Source: Minisyncoccia bacterium (GTDB lineage: Bacteria; Patescibacteriota; Minisyncoccia; Phycocordibacterales; CAJBRS01). Taken from it: a stretch of 64,000 nucleotides of DNA. The notes beneath the pieces were generated by a model that saw only the letters and a list, made by a program, of their open reading frames with translations, ran no database searches and was not told where the DNA came from. The position numbers and the translations under genes are program-made. Every line of letters begins with the position of its first letter. Within the stretch, counting starts at the first letter, position 1. The DNA lies in contig JBBQRF010000002.1 in the NCBI GenBank assembly GCA_038215155.1, forward strand, positions 50,712-114,711, given 5' to 3'. Shown here in pieces: positions 1 to 9,383 of the stretch.

Positions 1-46
1 AAATAATTTATTTGCTAGCACCAAGACTTCCGAGACTATTCCGGAA

Positions 47-979
47 GTGGTTAATTCCCAAAGGATGACCCTTTTAGAGCCCACCCTCAATTCTGACCCC
101 AGTCCAATAAAAAGAAACAGTCATTTAGCTATTGAAGATGGCGCCTTAGTAGCAGAATCAGGACCAACCGGCGGAGCGACAGAAGTTTTTAACGACAATA
201 GTTCTTCTGATAAAATCAGTCTTTATACAGTACGCGATGGTGATAGTCTTCCAAGTATCGCCAAGCTTTTCGGAGTCTCTGTTAATACCATTCTTTGGGC
301 TAATGATTTGAAGAAAGGTGTTGCCTTGAAAAAAGATCAAGTTCTAACAATTCTTCCAGTTTCTGGGGTTAAATATACCGTTAAAAAAGGCGATACTTTA
401 CTAAGCATCGCCAAGCAGTTTAAAGGCGATCAAGCAGAAATTGTCAGCTTCAACAGTCTTTCTGACGGACAGAGTTTAACTCCAGGCGACGGAATCATTA
501 TTCCTAATGGAGAAATTGGTTCTCCCGTGACCCCTTCTTCTAAGTCTAAGTCTTCTGGCAGTCCTAAAAAGATTTATATTGGGGGGTCAGTCGGTCTCTC
601 ATTGTCCTTCAGTGGTCCTCATACCGATTCTACTAACTTTATGCGCCCCCCACTTAATGGCGGAGTACGTACACAAGGACTGCATGGTCACAATGGAGTG
701 GATTGGGGAGCTCCTGTGGGTACTCCCATTTACTCAGTGGCTTCGGGAAGTGTCCTCATTAGTAAAAATAATGGAAGTTGGAATGGTGGCTACGGTGATT
801 ATGTAGTAATTAGTCATAGCAATGGCACACAATCTCTCTATGCTCATATGCAATCCACAACCGTAGGAGTAGGCTCTCAAGTAGAAAAAGGTCAGGTCAT
901 TGGCTATGTCGGAATGACAGGAGAAACTTCTGGTCCTCATGTTCACTTTGAAATTAGAGGCGGACGCAATCCATTCTAG
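47..979 (+). CDS. LysM-domain (x2) M23 family metallopeptidase (peptidoglycan hydrolase). The frame is open to position 2, so the gene may begin upstream of the window. The called start at 47 is GTG.
   Basis: Two LysM repeats (YTVRDGDSLPSIAKLFGVSVNTILWANDL; YTVKKGDTLLSIAKQF). C-terminal M23 signature HxGVDW...GYGDYVVISH...HVHFEIR. Confidence 0.85.
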   Translation: MVNSQRMTLLEPTLNSDPSPIKRNSHLAIEDGALVAESGPTGGATEVFNDNSSSDKISLYTVRDGDSLPSIAKLFGVSVNTILWANDLKKGVALKKDQVLTILPVSGVKYTVKKGDTLLSIAKQFKGDQAEIVSFNSLSDGQSLTPGDGIIIPNGEIGSPVTPSSKSKSSGSPKKIYIGGSVGLSLSFSGPHTDSTNFMRPPLNGGVRTQGLHGHNGVDWGAPVGTPIYSVASGSVLISKNNGSWNGGYGDYVVISHSNGTQSLYAHMQSTTVGVGSQVEKGQVIGYVGMTGETSGPHVHFEIRGGRNPF

Positions 980-2584
980 TTAGATAACCGACATCTTCTT
1001 AGGTCGATACTGCAAGGCTTCTAAAATATGCTTCGGCTCTATTTTTTTAGCACGATCTAAATCAGCAATTGTTTGAGCTAGTTTAATTAAACGATGATAG
1101 GCCCGGGCAGAAATGTCTAATTGATAGGCGGCCTTGTCTAAAATTTCTTTGACCTCGTGGTCTAGAGAGATTATATTTAATAAGTCACGGGGTTTTATTT
1201 CACTATTTGTGTGAATGAATATTTTATTTTGTTGAAATCGTTTGGCAGCGAGCTCTCTAGCTCGGATTACTCTTTTACGAACCACTTCTGTGGTTTCTCC
1301 AGAAATTTTGGTTCCTAATTTTTTATAATCTACTTCGCTGACTTCTAACCAAATATCCACTCTATCAATTATAGGGCCCGAAATTTTCCTTTCGTAACTT
1401 AGTAGATTGGGCGCGCGACAAATGCATTCTCTTTTTGGATTTCCCCGATTACCACAAGGGCATGGATTCATGGCAGCAATTAAAATAAAATTAGCTGGAA
1501 AAATGGCCGAGCTCTTTGCTCTTGCAACACTCACCACCTTTTCTTCAAGAGGTTCTCTCAATGAATCTATAACTTTCCGGTCAAACTCGGGGAATTCATC
1601 CAGAAACAGTACTCCCTTGTGAGCTAAAGTCACTTCTCCCGGTTTTGGAGTGGTACCGCCGCCAATTAATGAAGGGTAGGAAGAAGTATGGTGCGGTGAG
1701 CGAAAAGGTGCTCTTAAAATAAGAGGCTGATCTTTTAAGAGGCCGCAGACAGAATGAATTGATGTTACTTCCAGCATATCTTTAAAAGAAAGAGGAGGGA
1801 GGAGATATGAAAAAGCTTTAGCCAACATAGTTTTTCCAGTACCCGGAGGACCAAACATAATGACATTATGAGCACCGGCAGCAGCAATCTCTAGGCCGCG
1901 CTTAGCTTTCTCCTGTCCCTTAATATCGGCAATATCAATTTCCGGCGCCCCTGCCTCTTCTTTTATTTTTGTTTGTGGAGCGGAAATAATTTTAATTGAA
2001 GGAATGCAGGGTATTTCAGAGTTGGAGTTAGACGCGCCCGCAGGATCTGGCGGCGGGCGCGTATTCAAATGAGAAATTGCATCGCTTAATTTTTCTAATG
2101 GAAAAACTTTAATTCCGGAAATAATGGCTGCTTCTGAAGCATTCTCTTTAGGAACAAAAATATCCCGAAAACCTTTTCTCTTTGCTTCAATTACTAATGG
2201 CAGAACTCCTTTAATAGGTCGCAATTTTCCATCTAAAGCCAATTCTCCTAGGAAAAGTTTATCAGCGGGATCGAAGCGGATATCATCTGCGGCTAAAAGA
2301 TAGGCTAACGCCATAGCCAAATCAAAAGTCGGCCCCTCCTTTCGAATGTTAGCTGGAGCAAGTGCAATGACCACTTTTTGATTTTTATTTTTAGGAGAAG
2401 TAAAACCACTATTTTTAATAGCGGCCCCTATCCTGTCCTTGGCTTCTCCAATTGCTTTATCGGGTAATCCCACAATAGAAAAATTATAAAGTCCTTTTGA
2501 AAGATCAACCTCCACATCAATAATGCGCGCCTTAAGAAGATAGCTTTGAGCGCTAAATACTTTTGAAAAACTCATGCCGTCCAA
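980..2584 (-). CDS. comM: YifB/ComM family Mg-chelatase-like AAA+ ATPase (competence-associated)
   Basis: Lon-like N-terminal domain. Walker A GPPGTGKT and Walker B LFLDEF. C4 cysteine cluster CPCGNRGNPKRECIC, typical of the YifB family. Confidence 0.85.
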   Translation of the reverse strand: MDGMSFSKVFSAQSYLLKARIIDVEVDLSKGLYNFSIVGLPDKAIGEAKDRIGAAIKNSGFTSPKNKNQKVVIALAPANIRKEGPTFDLAMALAYLLAADDIRFDPADKLFLGELALDGKLRPIKGVLPLVIEAKRKGFRDIFVPKENASEAAIISGIKVFPLEKLSDAISHLNTRPPPDPAGASNSNSEIPCIPSIKIISAPQTKIKEEAGAPEIDIADIKGQEKAKRGLEIAAAGAHNVIMFGPPGTGKTMLAKAFSYLLPPLSFKDMLEVTSIHSVCGLLKDQPLILRAPFRSPHHTSSYPSLIGGGTTPKPGEVTLAHKGVLFLDEFPEFDRKVIDSLREPLEEKVVSVARAKSSAIFPANFILIAAMNPCPCGNRGNPKRECICRAPNLLSYERKISGPIIDRVDIWLEVSEVDYKKLGTKISGETTEVVRKRVIRARELAAKRFQQNKIFIHTNSEIKPRDLLNIISLDHEVKEILDKAAYQLDISARAYHRLIKLAQTIADLDRAKKIEPKHILEALQYRPKKMSVI

Positions 2585-2629
2585 TTATAAATCGGACGGC
2601 ATGAGTTTCTTCTAAAGAAAAGTTAAATT

Positions 2630-2995
2630 TTAAGAAACCTTTTGATTGAGATGAGTCTTACAAGTACGGGCAGCCGCATTGGCTTCTAATCTTTCTATTT
2701 CAATATCTTTACCACAAACTTCACATTTTCCGTACTCTCCTTTCTCCATTTTTTCTAAAGCCAGATTAATATCTTGTAATTGGGGTTCCAACTTGCTCAT
2801 TATGGCTGCATCTCCCTCAATACTCTCGATCTTATCAGCCACCTCATTACGATCAGCAGAAAGAATATCTAAATTCTCGGCGATTGGTTCCCAGTCATTG
2901 GGGTTGTTAGGGTTCTGCCGGCTAACTCCTGACAATTCGCTAATCAAAGTTTCTTTTTCCTTCTCTAATTTTTCTTTAAAGTGATTTGTATCCAT
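2630..2995 (-). CDS. DksA/TraR family C4-type zinc-finger protein
   Basis: N-terminal coiled coil plus C-terminal CxxC-(17)-CxxH finger (CEVCGKDIEIERLEANAAARTCKTH). Confidence 0.75.
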   Translation of the reverse strand: MDTNHFKEKLEKEKETLISELSGVSRQNPNNPNDWEPIAENLDILSADRNEVADKIESIEGDAAIMSKLEPQLQDINLALEKMEKGEYGKCEVCGKDIEIERLEANAAARTCKTHLNQKVS

Positions 2996-3007
2996 GGAGT
3001 GATTTTA

Positions 3008-3925
3008 TTAGTTATTTCCCCTATTAGCAAGGTAACGACTAAGAATTTCATCAAAGGCGTTCTGACTTTTTACGAAAATTATAGTCGCGGGATCAATAAA
3101 AGAATAAATAAAAGTAGGATTACCACCATCTTCTAAAAGAACTCTAGCGTCACGATTATCGATAATTCTATCGACAAATGTTCGAGCAGAAGAAGTGGCG
3201 GAGTCAGTCGGCAAATTAAAAAGAGAACCAAGATCGTTAGAAATATTAGGTTCCCATTGGAGCATTCCCGGAAAAGCATTGGCATACGAATCACTTTTAA
3301 GGATGAGAACAGGTTCATTGCCTGAACTATTTTGATAATAACCTACAATGTAATCATTTTGGATGGATCTAAATAGATTGCCTGGCATGCGGCTCTGTAG
3401 AAGATTAAGGAAATTCGGAGCATTTAGATGTTCGCGAGCCGAGTGGCCATTTTGCGCGTCTAAATTACCTTTAACAGTAATTATCACATTTTCAATCGAA
3501 CCACTTTCTAAGATACTCTTATTGGCAACTAACCCATGAATTAGTCCATCCAATGTAACGTTATCGAGCTTCAACTCTACTGTTTTGTCGGTGACAATGA
3601 TTGTTCGAGCGACAGCCACTGGAAGAACGGTGTTGTTATGAGGACGGAAAATAAAATATCCCACAATGGCTAAACCAGAAGTAACTAAAATTGCACTAAG
3701 AATGATGAGGACAATACGTTTTTTGGATTCGGTAGATACTTCTTCGCTAGCTACACCCTGTCTTTCTTGACGACGTTTTTCCGCCACGGCCATTTTAATA
3801 ACGGAAACGTTGTCTCGTTTAATAGCCTCTGCCACATCAGTTTGGTAGGTTTTAATATTTCTTAACGGCTCTTCCGCCTTTTCTTTTTTAGCTTTTTCTA
3901 AGGCTTCTTCTAAATCAGAACTCAT
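3008..3925 (-). CDS. Hypothetical single-pass membrane protein
   Basis: One TM helix (RIVLIILSAILVTSGLAIVGYFIF) after a charged N-terminus. No recognisable catalytic motif. Confidence 0.5.
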   Translation of the reverse strand: MSSDLEEALEKAKKEKAEEPLRNIKTYQTDVAEAIKRDNVSVIKMAVAEKRRQERQGVASEEVSTESKKRIVLIILSAILVTSGLAIVGYFIFRPHNNTVLPVAVARTIIVTDKTVELKLDNVTLDGLIHGLVANKSILESGSIENVIITVKGNLDAQNGHSAREHLNAPNFLNLLQSRMPGNLFRSIQNDYIVGYYQNSSGNEPVLILKSDSYANAFPGMLQWEPNISNDLGSLFNLPTDSATSSARTFVDRIIDNRDARVLLEDGGNPTFIYSFIDPATIIFVKSQNAFDEILSRYLANRGNN

Positions 3926-3953
3926 TCTTTAATTTTATATTAAAGCGACATTA

Positions 3954-6056
3954 TTACGAACTAGGATTTTTGATGAAGTTAGGATCAGCGCGTTTGATCG
4001 AAAGACTAATGCGTCCCCTATCATCCACCTCTTTCACTACTACGGGCACGCGATCACCCTCTTTTAAGATTTTACTAACATCCTCCACTCTGAAAGAAGC
4101 TATCTCAGATACGTGAACCAGGCCTTCCGTACCACTGCCAATCTTAACAAAAGCTCCAAAATCCATAATTTTAATTACGATTCCATCAAATTTTTCTCCA
4201 GCTTTATATTCATGAGTCATTTCCGCAATAATGATTTTTGCCTTTTCAGCAGTTCCTTCTTTGCCTGTAATGTAGACCGTGCCGTCATCCTCAATATCAA
4301 TTTCTGCTCCAGTCTTCTCTTTAATTTCTTTAATAGTTTTACCACCCGAGCCGATAATTAATCCTATTTGGTCAGGTTTAATTTTAATAGAGAGAATTTT
4401 TGGTGCCTTAGGTGAGATGTCTGTGCGAGGAGCGGCAATAGCTTTTTCAATAACATCGAGAATTTGTAGGCGCGCCCGCTCCGCCGTTTCAAAGGCCTTG
4501 GCTAATATAGAAAGTGGAATACCATCTACCTTAACGTCCATTTGAACGGCCGTAATACCGGCGCGAGTGCCTGCCACTTTAAAATCCATATCGCCATGAT
4601 GATCTTCCGGGCCCTGGATGTCTGTAAGAAGAACATAATTTTTCTCATCCCTCATCATTAATCCCGAGGCAATGCCCGCCACTGGCGCTTTAATCGGCAC
4701 ACCTCCATCCATTAAAGCTAAAGTCGAAGCGCAGACAGAACCCATGGAGGTAGAGCCATTGGAAGCCATTGATTCCGAAACTAAACGAATGGTGTAGGGA
4801 AAACTTTCTTTTTCGGGAATAACAGCTAACAGAGCTTTTTCGGCTAAATTACCATGACCAATCATGCGACGATTCAATCCTCCCATTCGGCCCGTTTCAC
4901 CGGTAGAGAAAGGTGGAAAGTTATAGTGATGAAGGAAACGCTTATCGGTCTGTAACTCCATTCCATCAATAGTTTGAGTATCTCCAGGGCCGCCTAAAGT
5001 AAGAGCAGAGAGAACGTGAGTGCCCCCACGGTAGAATATGCCGGATCCGTGAAGCATAGGCGAAAGGCCGCCGGCTTCGGCAAAGAGGGGTCGGATTTCT
5101 TCGAGGCCCCGGCCATCAGGCCGGCGCTTTTTCTCGATAGCTTCTCGGTGAATAATGTCATTCACTTTTTCCTCAAAATACTCACTTGAAAGAGACATTT
5201 TCTCGTCCGGGAATTTTTCAATATATAATTTTACCCATTCTTCTTTTAATTCTTCAGATTTTTTCTTTCCTGGTCCGGAGAAGACGGCGGCTTCAAGTTC
5301 CGGTTCAATTTTTTCAGTAAATAATTCGGCTCCTTTTTCGGGGAAATTTAAAAATTCTAGTTTTGTTTTCTCTTTGCCAATTTCTTGAATGATCTTTTTT
5401 TGAAAAGTTTGAATTTTTTCAATTTCAGCGGCAGCCAATTCTAGAGCCGCGGTGGCAAGCGTATTAGAAATTTCTTTAGCCCCCACTTCAATCATATTAA
5501 TATTGCCGTCTTTACCACAAGCCACTAAGTCAATATTAGAAAACTCTCTGTCCTTGTATATCGGATTGATTAATAAATCATTTTCACCTTTGCGCTGACC
5601 GACTCGAACGGCACTTACCGGCCCTCTCCAAGGAATATTAGAAGTGCTGAGAGCTAAAGAAGCGGCAATGACAGCCAAGACATCAGGATCATCTTCCTCA
5701 ATGGATAAAATCATAATTACTACCTGTACATCATTTCTAATTCGCTGATCAAATAGGGGGCGAATGGTGCGATCTACCACTCTTCCAGAAAGAATAGCCT
5801 CGTCAGAAGGCCGCCCTTCGCGGCGAGTGAACTGACCGCCGAGAATTCGGCCGGCCGCATAAAATTTTTCCTCGTAATCAACAGTAAGAGGAAAGAAGTC
5901 ACCATCCTTGAGCTTTTTCGACATCACTGCCGAAGCAAAGACTAATGTATTCCCGTAACGTATCAAAACAGATCCATTAGATTGTTCGGCTAAATCATTA
6001 AACTCAGCCGTCAGAGTTTTACCTCCGAGCTCCATAGAAAATTGCTTTTTTTGCAT
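3954..6056 (-). CDS. pnp: Polyribonucleotide nucleotidyltransferase (PNPase)
   Basis: Two RNase PH domains plus C-terminal KH (IGLIIGSGGKTIKEI) and S1 (GIVIKIMDFGAFVKI) domains. Conserved rpsO-pnp neighbourhood. Confidence 0.95.
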   Translation of the reverse strand: MQKKQFSMELGGKTLTAEFNDLAEQSNGSVLIRYGNTLVFASAVMSKKLKDGDFFPLTVDYEEKFYAAGRILGGQFTRREGRPSDEAILSGRVVDRTIRPLFDQRIRNDVQVVIMILSIEEDDPDVLAVIAASLALSTSNIPWRGPVSAVRVGQRKGENDLLINPIYKDREFSNIDLVACGKDGNINMIEVGAKEISNTLATAALELAAAEIEKIQTFQKKIIQEIGKEKTKLEFLNFPEKGAELFTEKIEPELEAAVFSGPGKKKSEELKEEWVKLYIEKFPDEKMSLSSEYFEEKVNDIIHREAIEKKRRPDGRGLEEIRPLFAEAGGLSPMLHGSGIFYRGGTHVLSALTLGGPGDTQTIDGMELQTDKRFLHHYNFPPFSTGETGRMGGLNRRMIGHGNLAEKALLAVIPEKESFPYTIRLVSESMASNGSTSMGSVCASTLALMDGGVPIKAPVAGIASGLMMRDEKNYVLLTDIQGPEDHHGDMDFKVAGTRAGITAVQMDVKVDGIPLSILAKAFETAERARLQILDVIEKAIAAPRTDISPKAPKILSIKIKPDQIGLIIGSGGKTIKEIKEKTGAEIDIEDDGTVYITGKEGTAEKAKIIIAEMTHEYKAGEKFDGIVIKIMDFGAFVKIGSGTEGLVHVSEIASFRVEDVSKILKEGDRVPVVVKEVDDRGRISLSIKRADPNFIKNPSS

Positions 6057-6102
6057 ATTAATTCTATTTAGACTAACACAAAATACAATATAGAAAAAAC
6101 TA

Positions 6103-6627
6103 CTAACCTCGCTTTCTATTTCCCGTGCTCATTAAATATTTTCGCGGAGCAACATCTAGATCTAAAAAATCATCTACTGCCTCTTTTAATTTTCCGGATG
6201 CTGATTTACCAAAGGAAACCCCTTCCACCTGGCAGCCATTCATTTGTAGATATTCCACTAAAGGGATGAAGTCACCATCGCCAGAAACTATTACTACTGC
6301 ATCAATCTTAGGAGCTAGTTTTATAGCATCTACGGCGAGACCGACGTCCCAATCGCCCTTTTTTGAGCCACTGGAAAAGACCTGGAGGTTTTTAGTTTTA
6401 GTCTCAATACCCATTTTTACTAAGGCCTCAAAGAAATTTTTCTCGTCCCCCGCTTCGGTAGTAATTACATAGGCTACCGCCCGGACCAATATTCGTCCTG
6501 CTAAGGCATCTTTTAAGATGGCGGCAAAATTTACCCGCGCTCGATAGAGATTTTTTGCACTATGATAAAGATTTTGAGCATCAATAAAAATCCCAACGCG
6601 TTGTTCTTTATGTTTGATAACAGCCAT
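6103..6627 (-). CDS. NYN/LabA-like (PIN-fold) domain protein
   Basis: VGIFIDAQNLYHSAKNLY N-terminus and the acidic residues of the NYN family. Confidence 0.75.
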   Translation of the reverse strand: MAVIKHKEQRVGIFIDAQNLYHSAKNLYRARVNFAAILKDALAGRILVRAVAYVITTEAGDEKNFFEALVKMGIETKTKNLQVFSSGSKKGDWDVGLAVDAIKLAPKIDAVVIVSGDGDFIPLVEYLQMNGCQVEGVSFGKSASGKLKEAVDDFLDLDVAPRKYLMSTGNRKRG

Positions 6628-6639
6628 ATTGAGGTAACT

Positions 6640-6942
6640 CTACTTTTTTAGATCCAGTTTTTTGAGAACTGACTGATAGCGCTTAGGATCTTTCTTTTGA
6701 AGATAGCGTAAGTGACTTTGCCGATCAGCTACTAGCTGAAGCAAACCACGACGAGAATGATTATCTTTGTGATTTTTCTTTAGGTGTTTAGCCAATTCAT
6801 CAATTCTTTTACTCAAAATAGAAACCTGCACCTCCGGAGAACCAGTATCTGTCTCATGAATACGGCCTTCTTTGATTATTCGCTGTTTTTTGGTTTTAGT
6901 AAGCATTGAACAAATATTAACACGAAAGGTCATTTTATGCAA
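6640..6942 (-). CDS. rpsO: 30S ribosomal protein S15. The called start is TTG. An in-frame ATG three codons downstream (about 6933) is the more likely start.
   Basis: HSRRGLLQLVADRQSHLRYLQKKDPKRYQSV matches the S15 signature. Lies upstream of pnp. Confidence 0.9.
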   Translation of the reverse strand: MHKMTFRVNICSMLTKTKKQRIIKEGRIHETDTGSPEVQVSILSKRIDELAKHLKKNHKDNHSRRGLLQLVADRQSHLRYLQKKDPKRYQSVLKKLDLKK

Positions 6943-6962
6943 TTTTTCAGGGACAGGGTATA

Positions 6963-7898
6963 ATGTTTTACGACATGGACCTATTAGAGCTCAAACGACA
7001 GTTTCTCGAGCATGTAGAAATTGAAAAAGGCCGGAGTCTCAAAACCGTCAGGAATTATGAACACTATTTAGATAGGTTTTTTGAATTTTCTAAAATAAGC
7101 ACTCCCTCGGATATCACGGAAGAGCTCATTCGTCAGTACCGTCTCTGGTTGAATCGTCAGTCTGACGGGAAAAATGGGACATTAAAAAAACGAACGCAGA
7201 ATTATTACTTAATTGCTTTGCGCTCTTTTTTAAAATATTTAATCAAACGTAAAATCCCTTCTCTTTCACCCGACACTATTGAATTGGCAAAAGTGCCTGA
7301 TCGATCATTGGATTTAATTGGTCACGAAGATCTAAAGCGATTACTAGTGGCTCCGGAATCGGAGAAAGATGAACTAAAAGGCCTGCGAGACAAAGCTATT
7401 TTAGAATTGTTTTTCTCTACTGGCCTGCGTGTTTCCGAGTTATGCTCTCTTTCCCGTGATTTGGACCTGAGAAAAGACGAATTTTCCGTTAGGGGTAAGG
7501 GAGAAAAAGTACGAGTTGTTTTTCTATCTAACGAGGCGAAGGCTGCTATAAAAAAATATTTAGATAAGAGAGTGGACGTAGAAGATGCCCTTTTCGTCCA
7601 ATTAAAAAACCCGATTGGTAAGAAAGAGGAGGCCAAAGAACTGAGTCGGCTAACGGCGCGCTCTATAGAGAGAATCGTCAAATATTACGCTGTCAAAGCG
7701 GGAATCTCCAAAAAGGTTACTCCTCATGTCATTCGTCATAGCTTCGCCACTGACCTCTTAGAGAACGGCGCGGACCTACGCGCCGTTCAAATGCTTCTCG
7801 GCCACGCTAATATTACTACTACTCAAATTTACACCCATATTACCGACAAGCATCTAAAAGAGATCCATAAGAACTTCCATAATAGGAGAAAGAACTAG
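6963..7898 (+). CDS. xerC: Tyrosine site-specific recombinase XerC/XerD family
   Basis: C-terminal catalytic box HVIRHSFATDLLENGADLRAVQMLLGHANITTTQIYTHI with conserved R..HxxR..Y. Confidence 0.9.
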   Translation: MFYDMDLLELKRQFLEHVEIEKGRSLKTVRNYEHYLDRFFEFSKISTPSDITEELIRQYRLWLNRQSDGKNGTLKKRTQNYYLIALRSFLKYLIKRKIPSLSPDTIELAKVPDRSLDLIGHEDLKRLLVAPESEKDELKGLRDKAILELFFSTGLRVSELCSLSRDLDLRKDEFSVRGKGEKVRVVFLSNEAKAAIKKYLDKRVDVEDALFVQLKNPIGKKEEAKELSRLTARSIERIVKYYAVKAGISKKVTPHVIRHSFATDLLENGADLRAVQMLLGHANITTTQIYTHITDKHLKEIHKNFHNRRKN

Positions 7899-8009
7899 TT
7901 AGTTGACTTATGTTTGGTGAGTGTTAAGATTTTCCATCGAGACTGCTCTGAGTAGAGTGAACTAGTTCTTAAACAAACAACAAACAATAATCAAAAAGAA
8001 AGACCGAAA

Positions 8010-8384
8010 ATGCTGGACCTAAGAATCAATCATCCGTTCGAAATTATTATGGGCTGCCCGGGTAAAAGTCCGGAAATGGCAGCACTAACCAAGCGGCTCA
8101 ATAGCCCTACGGGCATCAAAAGCTTTGTGGCCAGGATTAAAGATACTTGGCAAATTTGGATGGAGGGGCGAACTCGTGAGGGTGTCGCCGTCGTTGCTCG
8201 TAAGACTTTCGGATCCTGTTGGGCAAAACACCGGCGCGATGAATTCTCTCTCAATACCACAGGGTCCAAAATTGACGTGGCCTTTGTGGAAGCGCTGACT
8301 CATGAGCCGAAGAAAGAACTTTTTTCACCATTCGTCTCCAGGAAGGATTCCTTGAAGAACTGGATTCAGAAGAAAATCGAGTAA
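8010..8384 (+). other. GC-elevated region with overlapping ORFs on both strands. Either an orphan 124-aa ORF or a structured ncRNA gene. It ends at a rho-independent terminator at 8531-8570.
   Basis: Local GC clearly above the flanks. Four ORFs over 60 aa on both strands. No protein family recognised. Confidence 0.3.
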
Positions 8385-8530
8385 CAGTAACTAAGCTCAT
8401 TGAATACGTTTTACAGGAACTAACGGAATTGAGTTTTAACAAAGGTACCATACTCCCCCCGCTCACCGCGAAGAAGAATAGACCTTCTCGCTCCTGCCGC
8501 CCGCGGCAAAAATTGCATCCAGCCTAAGTT

Positions 8531-8570
8531 TCGAACTTACCGTCTCTTTAATCCTCCTCGAGGGTAAAGA
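8531..8570 (+). terminator. Rho-independent terminator upstream of xth
   Basis: gtctcttta...taaagagac 9-bp stem followed by TTTTTATTT. Confidence 0.6.
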
Positions 8571-8609
8571 GACTTTTTATTTATCAATGTTTCACGATAA
8601 GATAGTTTC

Positions 8610-9383
8610 ATGAAAATCATCTCTTGGAACGTCAATGGCATCCGCGCCTGGCATAAAAAGGGCTACCTAGATTGGTTTCTTAAGGAAAAACCGGACTTTT
8701 TCTGCCTCCAGGAAACAAAAGCCCATCCCGATCAACTCACCGAAGAACTGCGTAACCCCCTTGGCTATCATTCATACTTTGACCACTCTAAAGGGCGTAA
8801 AGGCTATAGCGGAGTGGCAATCTACACACAGCACGAACCAGAAAAGATTGATTATGGATTAGGAATTAAGGCATTAGACCAAGAGGGTCGTTTCCTCGCT
8901 CTCTATTATAAAGATTTTGTGCTCATCAACATTTATTTTCCAAATGGTGGAGGGGGGCCTGTGCGGCTAAAATACAAACTTCAGTATTACAAGGCGTATT
9001 TAAAGTATGCCGATAGTCTAAGAAAAAAGGGCCTAAGAGTAATATTTTGTGGAGATGTTAATACCGCTCATACGGAGATAGATCTCGCCCGCCCTCGCGA
9101 AAATGCCAGTCATACGGGGTTCTTACCCATTGAGAGGACTTGGTTAGATAAAGTGGTAGAGCACGGTTATGTAGATGTTTATAGGCACTTTTATCCTCAT
9201 CGCACGGGCGCCTATACTTATTGGGATAATTATAGCTTTGCTCGGGAGAGAAATGTGGGCTGGAGAATAGATTATTTTTTCGTAAGCCCAGAACTTATCA
9301 AAAAAGTTAAACAATGTGAGATTTTAGATCAGGTACATGGTTCCGACCACTGCCCTATCCTTCTTGAGATCGACTTATCATAA
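8610..9383 (+). CDS. xth: Exodeoxyribonuclease III (AP endonuclease, ExoIII/APE1 family)
   Basis: MKIISWNVNGIRA N-terminus, ...LQETK..., and C-terminal GSDHCPI. Confidence 0.92.
   Translation: MKIISWNVNGIRAWHKKGYLDWFLKEKPDFFCLQETKAHPDQLTEELRNPLGYHSYFDHSKGRKGYSGVAIYTQHEPEKIDYGLGIKALDQEGRFLALYYKDFVLINIYFPNGGGGPVRLKYKLQYYKAYLKYADSLRKKGLRVIFCGDVNTAHTEIDLARPRENASHTGFLPIERTWLDKVVEHGYVDVYRHFYPHRTGAYTYWDNYSFARERNVGWRIDYFFVSPELIKKVKQCEILDQVHGSDHCPILLEIDLS

Noticed and set aside
158-946. Small ORFs (60-75 aa) antisense or out of frame within the LysM/M23 gene. Likewise 1407-1622, 2679-2984, 4113-4545, 5155-5388, 6125-6472, 7322-7681, 10278-11117, 18487-19711, 20801-21247 and others.
   Set aside because: They sit wholly inside well-supported genes, on the opposite strand or in an alternative frame, and lack recognisable motifs. 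They are typical shadow ORFs.
6957-6977. Leaderless xerC start with TATAAT immediately 5' of ATG
   Set aside because: This is possible, because a second in-frame ATG at 6975 would sit about +6 from a TATAAT-initiated transcript. But the -10 box overlaps the divergent rpsO start and there is no -35 element. It is too speculative to call.
8049-8080. RNase P RNA P4-like string GGGTAAAAGTCCGG
   Set aside because: The other universally conserved RNase P blocks (AGGGTGAAA.GGTGCGGTAAGAGCGCACC, the ACAGAA..CGGCTTA 3' P4 strand) are not recognisable on either strand by eye. It is reported only as a low-confidence possibility.
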